A DNA stretch of 64,000 nucleotides from a virus. The notes below the pieces were generated by a model. It was not told the origin of the DNA and made no database searches. It saw only the letters and a program-made list of their open reading frames with translations. Below, in pieces: positions 27,201 to 35,819 of this stretch. Numbering within the stretch: position 1 is the first letter of the stretch; each line of letters begins with the position of its first letter. The translations under genes were made by a program, and so were the position numbers. The DNA lies in the IMG/VR virus record IMGVR_UViG_3300010389_000008, one strand, 5' to 3'.

Positions 27201-28944
27201 TAATAAGGAACAAGTCCTCAAGGACGCCCAGGCCATTATTCAGGTCTGGCAAAAGCTCGGTGTTGAGTATATCGAGCTGAGCAATATCAACAAGAGCGTC
27301 AAAAACGTCAAGGATCCTGCAGAGCTACGCAAGCTCTTAGAGCAGGAGATGGCCAACCATGGTAGGCGTGTGGCCGCTGGAACTTTTGCCATTGACATTG
27401 CTGTTCCAGAAGGAACTATTATTCCCGGCGCTAAGGCTGTTACACCTCAGCAACAAGGTGCTGCTGGACATATGTCCCAGATGGCAAGTGGCACGCAGCT
27501 ACTGCACCTCATGGACCCGAAAGCGGGCATGGCGGACACAAGCCAGTTGCAGAACCTGATCAACAACGCAGGAAGCTTCGAGCCTGCCGATGTCAAGCCT
27601 TTTGAGGATGCAAAACGAGCTTCACTAGCAACTCTGAACCAGATCCAAGACTCTCAACAGCGTTTGAAGGCCATTGCTGCTGACCGTCAGCTTCAGGACG
27701 CTCTCAAACAGATTATCCCCCAAGCCGCTGTAGAGCAATACGAGGATCTGATCATCAGAGCCCGAGAGTACGGAAAGGCCGTTAAAGAGGGCTACAACCC
27801 CGAGCAGGCCGAGATTGTCGCTGATCTGGCAGCCCGTGAAGCGATTGCGCGACGTGAGCTGGCTCAGTTCCTGGAGAAGAACGCCGAGATCTTTAAGGAG
27901 GATGCAGAAACCCGTGAAAAGGTCGATGCTGAAGCCAAAAAGATGTTCGAGGAACGCATCAAACTTTTCGAGCAGGAAAATGAGAAGCGGCGTGAGGCTT
28001 TAAAACTTGAGCAGGAATTAGCTGTCATTAAGTCACTGCAGAACGACATACGAAATAGTGCCATCAATACCCAGAAGAGCCTTGTTACAGGTGCTGCGGG
28101 TCTTGCTGCAGGGACTGAGTACAGCGTATTTGACCAGCGTCGTATCCAGGCAGAGGGCGCCATCGAAGCTCGCCGTATTGATCTGGTGGCCCAGAACGGA
28201 GGTAACCCCCTTCAAGGAGAGGCTCTTGCCCAGTTCGAGCAATTCAGGACAGAGGCTCTGGTTAGTGCTGAAAAGATGGCCCAGTTGGATGGTCTTGCTC
28301 AGCGCTTCCAGCAATTAGGTGAGATTTCCGCTGGTGTTGGTAGCGCCATCAGCACTGCCTTCACTCAGGGCTTTGCAGACATCCTGACTGGTGCGGCCTC
28401 TGTCCAGGACGTGCTCGGCAACATGTTTAAGGGCATCGCTGATTCGTTCATGCAGATGGCTCAGAAGATCATTGCTGACATGATCAAGATGCTGGTCTAT
28501 AAGACGCTGCTTGGTCTCTTTGGTGGTCAGAACTCCCAGCTCGGTACTCTTGGCGGTCTTCCCGGCAGCACTCCACTTGGAGCTGGTGGTGGTCAAGTCG
28601 GAGGTATGGGTACCTTTGGACCAAACTTCGGTATTCCGCAGTTCGCCAAGGGAGGCATCGTCACTGGTCCTACCCCTGCCCTGATTGGTGAGGGTGGCAT
28701 GAACGAAGCAGTCGTACCTCTTCCGAATGGAAAGGCAATTCCTGTCGACTTTGGCAAGAAAGGTGGTGCTGGTGGTGATACAAACACTAATATCACTGTC
28801 AACATCGACCAGAGTGGATCTGCTCAGACTGAGATGTCTGGGGAAGATGCCTCCAAGCTCGGCAAGGCTATCGATGGCGCGGTAAAACGGGTCATCATGG
28901 AAGAAAGAAGAGCAGGCGGACTCTTATACAATGGCCGACGTTAA
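24262..28944 (+). CDS. Tape measure protein with internal M23-like domain
   Basis: 1560 aa, Ala-rich helical, follows G/GT; C-terminal FAKGG...GEGGMNEAVVPL. Confidence 0.93.
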   Translation: MASLGDLTLFISAETGRAKQDIDRLGKDADRVASKKREIGFSVEKARNDIKNFKRDIETVGTALKKTFQVAKNTPLFDDEVEAAEAVAKGVGKIGSELSKARKPGLVLQRTFQGMGGSVAALVNRLAKLGFALYGLQQITGVLNQAFGGFFNATIGRAIKLEETILKTQVALASTNDVLRGGTAITDPYESIVALTGVIEQRIASIRDRSLELAGVTSDEVIEVFGMVSQQVGQIGGSLKDAEDLAISFAGALGTFGIPLYQARQEIGSILRGDITTDSYLAKALGITNDDVQKAKNTTEGVVGFLQQKLSTAVAGQKIAAQSFSGVLSNIVDFQELIGQAFGSNLVQPLIDGLSGVYNLLVAVKDQALTAATAIGTAVGRAGQLVGGAVTAPVTALAGGNAGATKGADATQRAAIAVSQALEKLALDTQKTFSQISGEVAKLLAKLAVGFKNLGSAFVGLNVEVFKSLLETFKALAQAIQPVATAFSGLLTVYGQFLDLPAVQVLSSIAAQFKVLEAVGVNGFIKIIATGGAFIASLGAIKAAIATVAAVISRGLAMALATVGTALQAFGVALNALLERLGIANAQLTALSARLTATGASATAAAAGMKGGAGAAGMLGGAIKGLMIKMLAFNALLLAAQLLIAALVEGYARWERANKQAKAIDRFRNSMDKLNTTFKNVNENSTAAQQALKRVAETEAKKELEELEKAYAEAAAEADKLSIKAARLKKAYESTGGGIGAGSYAGNPLLELRETEKATAAALQRRNKLEADFNEASEKHKAYLAAKTIDEEVTTRSKKLGELNEKLAKQQRDLNRQIVSDRFNAEQELASRRLDLERSIVQEQIELVFNRNRSLIEGEEGASAAALRGLVEYSKQRMEDEADFERQRKQMVLDLADLEKELEDYKFNIGEKILELKKQGAKLDKETAEYVQKVYLKIARDQGANLAALLSGNPGLTAGSGARVGNTGRSTGPHLDLRSSNKEQVLKDAQAIIQVWQKLGVEYIELSNINKSVKNVKDPAELRKLLEQEMANHGRRVAAGTFAIDIAVPEGTIIPGAKAVTPQQQGAAGHMSQMASGTQLLHLMDPKAGMADTSQLQNLINNAGSFEPADVKPFEDAKRASLATLNQIQDSQQRLKAIAADRQLQDALKQIIPQAAVEQYEDLIIRAREYGKAVKEGYNPEQAEIVADLAAREAIARRELAQFLEKNAEIFKEDAETREKVDAEAKKMFEERIKLFEQENEKRREALKLEQELAVIKSLQNDIRNSAINTQKSLVTGAAGLAAGTEYSVFDQRRIQAEGAIEARRIDLVAQNGGNPLQGEALAQFEQFRTEALVSAEKMAQLDGLAQRFQQLGEISAGVGSAISTAFTQGFADILTGAASVQDVLGNMFKGIADSFMQMAQKIIADMIKMLVYKTLLGLFGGQNSQLGTLGGLPGSTPLGAGGGQVGGMGTFGPNFGIPQFAKGGIVTGPTPALIGEGGMNEAVVPLPNGKAIPVDFGKKGGAGGDTNTNITVNIDQSGSAQTEMSGEDASKLGKAIDGAVKRVIMEERRAGGLLYNGRR

Positions 28945-29290
28945 TCTCGCACTGGACTTCACTATGAATGTCCAGGAATCAACGACGCACAGAGTTCGTA
29001 AGTTCGGCTTCGGTGACGGCTACGAGCAGATTGCTGCCGATGGTATTAATACACGAAGCACCGAGTATGCGGTGACTACTAAGCCCCTGAATGCAGCTGA
29101 TGCTTCGGTGATGAAGAGCGGTTTAGATCAGGTAGCTGTAGGAGACTATTTCCTGGCTACTCTGCTCCCTTTTTCAACCGAGCAGCGTCGCTATAGACTT
29201 AAGGACAACTCTTATCAGCGTCAGATTCTCCCTAGTAATCTGACCAGTTATGAGGTCTATCAATTTACTCTTGTGGAGGCCTTTGCGTAA
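28931..29290 (+). CDS. Lambda gpM-like distal tail protein
   Basis: VRKFGFGDGYEQIAADGIN. Confidence 0.85.
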   Translation: MADVNLALDFTMNVQESTTHRVRKFGFGDGYEQIAADGINTRSTEYAVTTKPLNAADASVMKSGLDQVAVGDYFLATLLPFSTEQRRYRLKDNSYQRQILPSNLTSYEVYQFTLVEAFA

Positions 29291-30024
29291 TGGGAAGGCG
29301 CACCGTAGTTGCATTGAGCAGCCTCAATGTAATCAATCCCTATTACCTAGAAGTCAAGACCGCTATTGACGTGCTCCAAGGCGCGGAGACGGCCTTCTAT
29401 GAGGCCAGGGCGGCTGAGCTAAACACTTATCCAGGCTTGACGGGGCTAGACCGGGATGTAGTTGAAAGCGCTTACGACGCACTTCTAGGTTCGGAGCCCT
29501 GGACCTATACAGCTAGATTCAACGCGAGCGCAAACCCGAGCAGGGATCCAACGACTACATTCGGTGGTGGCGCGACTATCAATGTCACAGTCCCCGATTC
29601 TGTATATCTTCGGGTTACAGGTGAATTGCCTGGGGATTTTTCCACGAGTCAAATTGAGTATGTAGTAGGCGCGGGTGAGCCAGCAGTTGACATTCTGTAT
29701 ACGGATATCTCCTTTTTTAAGGAGGCACACTTTACTGAAGTGCCAACAGCTTACGTAATTAATACTTTTTACACCGGAAGGCAGGCACACCAATACCGCC
29801 TGATTGGTTCGTTGTACGACGCATCCGCAGTAGCTAGTGCCTATAGCTCATACCTTGGGGTGCTGAACAGTTACGAAGAGTGGGATGGGACGACTGTTGA
29901 TGACTTTTTTGGTGGAACAGGGCCTACCCCTTGGGATGGTTTTACTGGGGATGTAGATGCTGGTTATAACCGCCCCCAAAAGTTGAGCGCAAAGTTGATT
30001 CGTGAGACCCGAGGTGCAAACTAA
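29290..30024 (+). CDS. Hypothetical tail protein
   Basis: Between gpM and gpL with overlaps. Confidence 0.7.
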   Translation: MGRRTVVALSSLNVINPYYLEVKTAIDVLQGAETAFYEARAAELNTYPGLTGLDRDVVESAYDALLGSEPWTYTARFNASANPSRDPTTTFGGGATINVTVPDSVYLRVTGELPGDFSTSQIEYVVGAGEPAVDILYTDISFFKEAHFTEVPTAYVINTFYTGRQAHQYRLIGSLYDASAVASAYSSYLGVLNSYEEWDGTTVDDFFGGTGPTPWDGFTGDVDAGYNRPQKLSAKLIRETRGAN

Positions 30025-30680
30025 TGGCATTGAAAGAAGATTCACTACTCAATCTCTTCATCATCGATGTAGGTAAGTCTGGGCTCTCCTCAGGGTGGGC
30101 AGGGCGCTTGAATATCGTCTCTCCAGAGCAGACAGGTGGTGTCAAGGTTGAATATGTCAATGAAGCTGGATCTGTGGTGACATATAGCCCCACTCCTGTC
30201 GCCGCTGCGGGGTTTGAGGTTAATGGCAGTAATAAGCTGCCTACGCCCAAGATTAGGTTTGCAAACATTGATGGTGCAGCAACAGATTTGGCCAGGGATT
30301 TCGACGATCTGATTGGGTTCAAGCTCATTCGTATCAGGACGTATGCGAAATATTTAAAGAGCATTGATGGGGTAGATAACCCAACCTATGACTCACAGGC
30401 TCACTTCACGCCTGACACTTGGTGGTTTCAGAGAAAAATCGAGGAGACCAAGCTTGGTGTGACTTATGACTTGGCTTCAGTCATCGATGTAGAAGGTATG
30501 CGACTTCCTAATAGGCGTCTTTACACTAATCATTGTTCCTTTCTGTATCGAGGGCCTGAATGCGGTTATACAGGCTCGCAGTTGACATGTGGCAAGACTT
30601 TGGCTGATTGCCAAGCTCGTTTCGGAGCATTAGGTCAGGATCTGCGCTTCGGTGGATTCCCTACTACTCAGAACCGATGA
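30024..30680 (+). CDS. Lambda gpL-like minor tail protein
   Basis: PTPKIRFAN, RIRTYAKYL, C...YRGPECGY...CGKTLADC...RFGGFP. Confidence 0.9.
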   Translation: MALKEDSLLNLFIIDVGKSGLSSGWAGRLNIVSPEQTGGVKVEYVNEAGSVVTYSPTPVAAAGFEVNGSNKLPTPKIRFANIDGAATDLARDFDDLIGFKLIRIRTYAKYLKSIDGVDNPTYDSQAHFTPDTWWFQRKIEETKLGVTYDLASVIDVEGMRLPNRRLYTNHCSFLYRGPECGYTGSQLTCGKTLADCQARFGALGQDLRFGGFPTTQNR

Positions 30681-31018
30681 GTAAGCGTCTCCACAAGCAG
30701 ATTGCTCGCATTTGTCTGCAGGATGCTCCCTGTGAGGCATGTGGTGTTATCCAAGCTGGTAAAGCTATTCGACTAGATAACGCCTCCACCAAACCTGAGG
30801 AGACTTTTGTTATCAGTGCGCGTGACATCTTGAAGTGGAAGCCAGAGACAATCTTTCACTCTCACCCCAGGGGTGATGAGGGTTTTAGTGAGCACGACTT
30901 GCTTGTAGCTGCGAACATGGATCTAACGACCTATGTCTATGTCAACGAAGCTGATCGCCTTGAGAAATGGTCAGCCGAGTCGGGCCTAGAGGTTTTTGAG
31001 ACGGTACTCAAATCATGA
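30677..31018 (+). CDS. gpK-like tail protein, JAB/MPN domain only
   Basis: EACGVI, FHSHP, SEHD; no NlpC/P60 domain follows. Confidence 0.8.
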   Translation: MSKRLHKQIARICLQDAPCEACGVIQAGKAIRLDNASTKPEETFVISARDILKWKPETIFHSHPRGDEGFSEHDLLVAANMDLTTYVYVNEADRLEKWSAESGLEVFETVLKS

Positions 31019-33576
31019 TGGAGATTACGCTTGAAGGTGTCGCAGGCCGTCGTTTTGGGCGCAAGCACCGGCTTGCTGTGCGTAATCCCAATGAGGCTAT
31101 CCGGGCACTTTGTCAGTTAATTCCAGGGTTTCGTTCGTTTCTCACGTCTGCTCATGAGTACGGCATCTATTTTCAGATGCTCACTAATCACAGTGAGGAG
31201 GGTATCAGTTACGACGATCTAGGACTTGGCTGCAACTCAATGATATTGGTACCTGTCATTACAGGTGCCGCCTTCTCTTTCCAAAATATCCTGACCATTC
31301 TTGTCGGTGTGGCCTTGGTGGCCTTCTCGCTGGGTGCCTTTGGTGTGGCCTTCGGCGCTGCTGGCACCATTTCTGCAGGTTTTCAGACCGCAGCAATGAG
31401 TCTGGGTTTTGCCTTGATATTTACGGGGATTGCTGGGCTTTTTGCACCAGGCACCCCTCAAGAGGGCAAGTCAGAAGGCGCGGCGGCAAACGACGCGGTC
31501 TTTGGTGGGGCCGCAGGCACGGCTTCAGCGGGTACCCCCATCCCTCTTCTTTATGGGACGTTTCTGGCCCAATCGATGCCGGTCATTTCGTCTTATATCG
31601 ATGACAACGATGGGTATTTGATGACCATCATTTCTGAAGGAACTATCGAAGGTCTGCCTAACGGTTCGTCAAAAGATCTTTACTTTAATGGTCTTCAGAG
31701 TGCAAGCAGTTCTGTTAGCAGTGTTCAGATTACAGATGGCTCGCAAACTAATCAGCAAATCACGATTGTCAAGTCAGCAGGTTTCCATCTGCCTATTAGT
31801 ACCACGTTGAATGTTGGTTTAAAAAGTATCCCTAATGCACAGATTATTAGATCCTTTGTTCAGCAATATGCGGATGTGCTAAAGCTTCGTATCGTTCGAG
31901 GCCCTTGCTACTCAATTAGAACTAAATCTCCCAAAAGCGGAGGTGGTACGACGGTCACCTATCACAAATACACAGATACATGGGACGGAAATAAGGCGAC
32001 CAATCCCATTGAATACAATGTTCAAGTCACTGACGGTGATGGTGTTGTTTTCTATAACCAGAACTTTGAAGAGCCCTATTTAAAGGCATCCGAGATCAAA
32101 ATTATTGAGGTCAATATTGAAAATAGGCCTATACCAGTCTCGGTTTCAGTCACCCGTCTAGATCGTGGACGAGCACCAGATCCTGAATCAGAAGAAGGCG
32201 GCGCGAACATCTACAACTACCAGTGGGTGAAGGGAGACGTACAAGTCGTCTCTCTTGATGTGATGTGGGCAGAACGCCTCGTTTACCCCTCGACTGCGCT
32301 TATGGCTATGAAGTTCAGTGCGGGCGAGTTCCAACAGATGCCGACTGTTCAGGGACTCTTCAAAGGTATTAAAGTCCCGCAACTAACTTCTAGTCTTCAA
32401 GTCTTCTATGCGTGGAGTGATAACCCGGCATATGTTTTGTTGGATCTCATCACTAATCCTCGTTATGGATTAGGTGCCCGATCTTTCACGCTTTCTGGTC
32501 CTGGAGACACTCAATTTGTTCAGCCCGGTATCCGTATAGAAGATGTTGATCTAGCCTCTTTCAGGGCTGCTGCTCGTTTTTGTGAAGATAACGGCTATAA
32601 GTTCAATGCGTACATCGATCGCAACGCGGACGCTTTAGACCTCATAAGAGCTGTTGCATCAAGCTTCAATGCGATGCTTGTTTATGCCGGTGGCTATATC
32701 ACTCTGGTACTAGACAAACAATTCAATGTTGATACTGATGTAGCTGACCTGCGTCTTTTCTCTGAAGCCAACGTACTTCAAGAAGTCGACGACGGCGGTG
32801 AGGTCCAGACTCCCTGCTTCTCTTATGAAGGGACTGGTCGTCAGGCACGCTCGACTGCGGTACAAGTTTCTTATGTCAATGCCAATGAATTTTATACAGA
32901 AGACAAGATCGTCATAGAAGACACTGCAGCTATTGAGCGCTATGGCTACAACCTTGTCCGGATTAGAGCCTTGGGCTGTACTGATCGGACCCAGGCTGAA
33001 CGTGTTGGCCGTTACACCCTTGGTAGCAATCTTCATAGCACGGAGACTGTGACCTTCAAGGTGGCTTCAGAGGGTGCGATGTTACTTCCTGGCGATATCT
33101 GTCTTATTGCTGATCCACTCAAGACGCGCATTGCTTGCGGGGGACGCATAAAAACGGCCTCATCTTCTTTAATCATTGCCGACAGAGATCTATCTCAAGT
33201 CACAGGTTCTGAGCTATATCTCTATACCTATGGTCAATCTGGTCTTTGCCAACGCAACGCTATTTCCGCTATCTCTGGTAGTCAGGTTTCTATTAGTGGG
33301 ACGTTCACCTCTACACCCTCTTCTTCTCAGATGTGGGTGATTGTAGATGAGGCTAATGAGAACAAGTTCCGCCGTTACCGCGTTCAAAGTGTGAAAGAGA
33401 ATGCCAATAACACCTATGAGGTTGTAGGACTTCTCTACTCAGACAAGAAGTTTGACATTGTGAATGGTGGCACGTATGTTCCCATGTCCTCTACGACGAG
33501 TTTCTATCAGAGTCGTAATCCGGCTATTAACCCTTCAAAAATTACTTTCTCACTTCGCGATGCCACTAATCCATGA
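31015..33576 (+). CDS. Fused gpI-gpJ tail tip / central fibre protein
   Basis: gpI N-terminus (RRFG...EAIRAL...VPVITG), GTPIPLLYG, DNPAYVLLDLITNPRYG, LLPGDI. Confidence 0.88.
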   Translation: MMEITLEGVAGRRFGRKHRLAVRNPNEAIRALCQLIPGFRSFLTSAHEYGIYFQMLTNHSEEGISYDDLGLGCNSMILVPVITGAAFSFQNILTILVGVALVAFSLGAFGVAFGAAGTISAGFQTAAMSLGFALIFTGIAGLFAPGTPQEGKSEGAAANDAVFGGAAGTASAGTPIPLLYGTFLAQSMPVISSYIDDNDGYLMTIISEGTIEGLPNGSSKDLYFNGLQSASSSVSSVQITDGSQTNQQITIVKSAGFHLPISTTLNVGLKSIPNAQIIRSFVQQYADVLKLRIVRGPCYSIRTKSPKSGGGTTVTYHKYTDTWDGNKATNPIEYNVQVTDGDGVVFYNQNFEEPYLKASEIKIIEVNIENRPIPVSVSVTRLDRGRAPDPESEEGGANIYNYQWVKGDVQVVSLDVMWAERLVYPSTALMAMKFSAGEFQQMPTVQGLFKGIKVPQLTSSLQVFYAWSDNPAYVLLDLITNPRYGLGARSFTLSGPGDTQFVQPGIRIEDVDLASFRAAARFCEDNGYKFNAYIDRNADALDLIRAVASSFNAMLVYAGGYITLVLDKQFNVDTDVADLRLFSEANVLQEVDDGGEVQTPCFSYEGTGRQARSTAVQVSYVNANEFYTEDKIVIEDTAAIERYGYNLVRIRALGCTDRTQAERVGRYTLGSNLHSTETVTFKVASEGAMLLPGDICLIADPLKTRIACGGRIKTASSSLIIADRDLSQVTGSELYLYTYGQSGLCQRNAISAISGSQVSISGTFTSTPSSSQMWVIVDEANENKFRRYRVQSVKENANNTYEVVGLLYSDKKFDIVNGGTYVPMSSTTSFYQSRNPAINPSKITFSLRDATNP

Positions 33577-33935
33577 GTAGCTCTACCAATCTTCTTCGTG
33601 TCGAGTGGGAACCGCCTGTATACCCACCTTCCTTTGCACTGGACGCCGTCCTACACGGACATCTTTTTGCTGTTGATCTTGTCGATACAAATGTCGATCA
33701 TTACGAGGTGGAGCGACTTGATGAATTGGCAGACAGCTATTCTTTTGTTGGTTATACATATCAGCCGTTCATTGAGTTTCAAGCTGATACATATGAAAAC
33801 GCTAAGGTTAGAATACGGTCGATCCTGAGAGACGGCACAAAAACCCCTTGGGTTTACTCAGGTAATTTCCAGCTTTACGGCATGGTTGCCGACTTCCGGA
33901 ATCTGAACAACATTCCCCTTCTTTCATTTATCTGA
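33573..33935 (+). CDS. FN3-like tail protein
   Basis: VEWEPP...YEV...VRIRSI. Confidence 0.55.
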   Translation: MSSSTNLLRVEWEPPVYPPSFALDAVLHGHLFAVDLVDTNVDHYEVERLDELADSYSFVGYTYQPFIEFQADTYENAKVRIRSILRDGTKTPWVYSGNFQLYGMVADFRNLNNIPLLSFI

Positions 33936-34336
33936 TGGCTCTCTACGGACGTGACGCCAACGGTAACGACGCTTATATCCGTGGTACGGGTACCGGCACT
34001 GTATCTGATGGCTATCTGACAGCACACGATGTGCTCACAGACGAACTCAAGTTCTCTTCCTCAACGATTTCGGCTTCTGCTGATGTTATTACTGCAGTCG
34101 CTGGTAAAAAGCTACGTGTGATGAGCCTGGTTGTAAGCGCCAGTGCGGCCTGCACACTTAAGTTTCAAACCGATGCTACGACGGATGTATCGGGAACTTT
34201 CTATCTTCCGGCAAACGGCACTATCAGTGTCTCGAATCCACTTGGACTGTTTGAGACTGACTCGGGAGAGAAGCTCAATATTATTCAAACCGGTACAGCG
34301 GATGTGGGTGTCTCGATCAGCTACCGGGAGGTCTGA
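33935..34336 (+). CDS. Putative virion structural protein
   Basis: Beta-rich; operon overlap. Confidence 0.7.
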   Translation: MALYGRDANGNDAYIRGTGTGTVSDGYLTAHDVLTDELKFSSSTISASADVITAVAGKKLRVMSLVVSASAACTLKFQTDATTDVSGTFYLPANGTISVSNPLGLFETDSGEKLNIIQTGTADVGVSISYREV

Positions 34337-34338
34337 CT

Positions 34339-35079
34339 ATGACGCGAGTATTTGGAACACTTTTTGAAGACGGGCGTAATGGCCTACTCGCTATCAAGCC
34401 TTCTCAACCTTTCTTCGGCTGCGACCGGCACGAAAAACATTTCCCAGTGCTCGCTGGTGAGATTGATATCGAGTTGCCTCCAACACCCGCTGGGGTCTTC
34501 TTCAATGTGGGGTTTAAAGAGGAAGGTGACACACGCCGTACAGACTTCACGCTTCGGTGGCGTATCCCATCCCAACAGGAACTAGACATTACGGCTAAGC
34601 CAGAGCAGCCTCGTGCTGAGCGTTCCTCCTCAGTTATCGATCGTGTACAGGTACGCCGTTTGACCACGGAGCTGGCTGACGCTCTGGAAGCTGTCGAAAA
34701 ATTAGAGCGTGATCTTGCCCAGAGCAAAGCCCGAGAGGAATCGCTGGCGGCGTCGTTTGAGCAACATAAAGCGGCAACGGACCACGCCTTTCAGTTGCGT
34801 GATTCTGAGCTATCACGTCTTACGGAAGCCAATAAACCACGGGTACAGACAGTCGTAAAGCATGTGCCCGTACCACCAAAGCAACTAAATGATCGAATAA
34901 AGTTCTTAGAGGCGGAGAACCTTAGATTGATAGCGCTTAATGATACCTATTACGCATCTGTTTTAGAGCTACATCAGTTAAAGTTAGATAGAGCGCAGAC
35001 TGTACATCTTCCTAACCCTGTTACGGAGATGCCTGGTTCTACCCAGCAGCGCCTGATCAATAAGCTTCTGGCTAAATAG
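34339..35079 (+). CDS. Hypothetical coiled-coil protein
   Basis: 246-aa ORF. Confidence 0.7.
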   Translation: MTRVFGTLFEDGRNGLLAIKPSQPFFGCDRHEKHFPVLAGEIDIELPPTPAGVFFNVGFKEEGDTRRTDFTLRWRIPSQQELDITAKPEQPRAERSSSVIDRVQVRRLTTELADALEAVEKLERDLAQSKAREESLAASFEQHKAATDHAFQLRDSELSRLTEANKPRVQTVVKHVPVPPKQLNDRIKFLEAENLRLIALNDTYYASVLELHQLKLDRAQTVHLPNPVTEMPGSTQQRLINKLLAK

Positions 35080-35081
35080 AC

Positions 35082-35807
35082 ATGGCACTGGATAACATTG
35101 CTGTTACCGTCCGAGAAGGTGATAGCTTTGACGAGCTGTATCTAAACATTGAGAGGCCGTGGGGTACACCCTACGACTACAGCAATTCAGTGCTTGTTGC
35201 CGATATTCGTCGTTATTTCAACGACACTACTGGCACACCCGGCTCAGCTGTTGATTCATTTGGGATCGTCGAGCTGGATCCCACTGCTGGTCAGGTTCAG
35301 TTAAAACTCACCAGCCGTCAGACCGAGGGCCTTGGTCGGAATATTCCTTTGGGGTATACAGAACGAGGCATTGTTCAGTCTGGTCTTGCAAGTGGTGTAG
35401 ATCCCTCTGATGAACTCCAAGGCAAATTCCTCTGGGATCTGCGGGAGTATTTCACTGTCACACAGGCGACCATCACCGGGATTTCATCAGGCTCGACTTT
35501 TACAAGCACTGGTGGACTTACAGCTAACAAGGTACGCATCACCACTGCTGCGGCCCATAAGCTAACTGAAGAGGATCAGATCCTTATCACTGGAACTGGT
35601 CAAAGTGTCTACGATGGGGTTAATTTCTACCCCAACAAACTCTCAATCATCAGTCCAACTGTGTTTGAGATTGAGCCAACCACCTCTGGCGCCCCTTCTT
35701 TCACCGTTGGAAGTACTCAGGGCACTGTATCTGTGTACAAAGAAGATACATTAGCCATTGGTACACTTGAGGTAATTCCTCGAATTTCTAGAGATTCTGT
35801 CAGCTGA
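35082..35807 (+). CDS. Putative baseplate/fibre-attachment protein
   Basis: N-terminus resembles 49569..49907 (ITVREGDSF versus ITIHQGATF). Confidence 0.6.
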   Translation: MALDNIAVTVREGDSFDELYLNIERPWGTPYDYSNSVLVADIRRYFNDTTGTPGSAVDSFGIVELDPTAGQVQLKLTSRQTEGLGRNIPLGYTERGIVQSGLASGVDPSDELQGKFLWDLREYFTVTQATITGISSGSTFTSTGGLTANKVRITTAAAHKLTEEDQILITGTGQSVYDGVNFYPNKLSIISPTVFEIEPTTSGAPSFTVGSTQGTVSVYKEDTLAIGTLEVIPRISRDSVS

Positions 35808-35819
35808 AGGTAAGACCTA

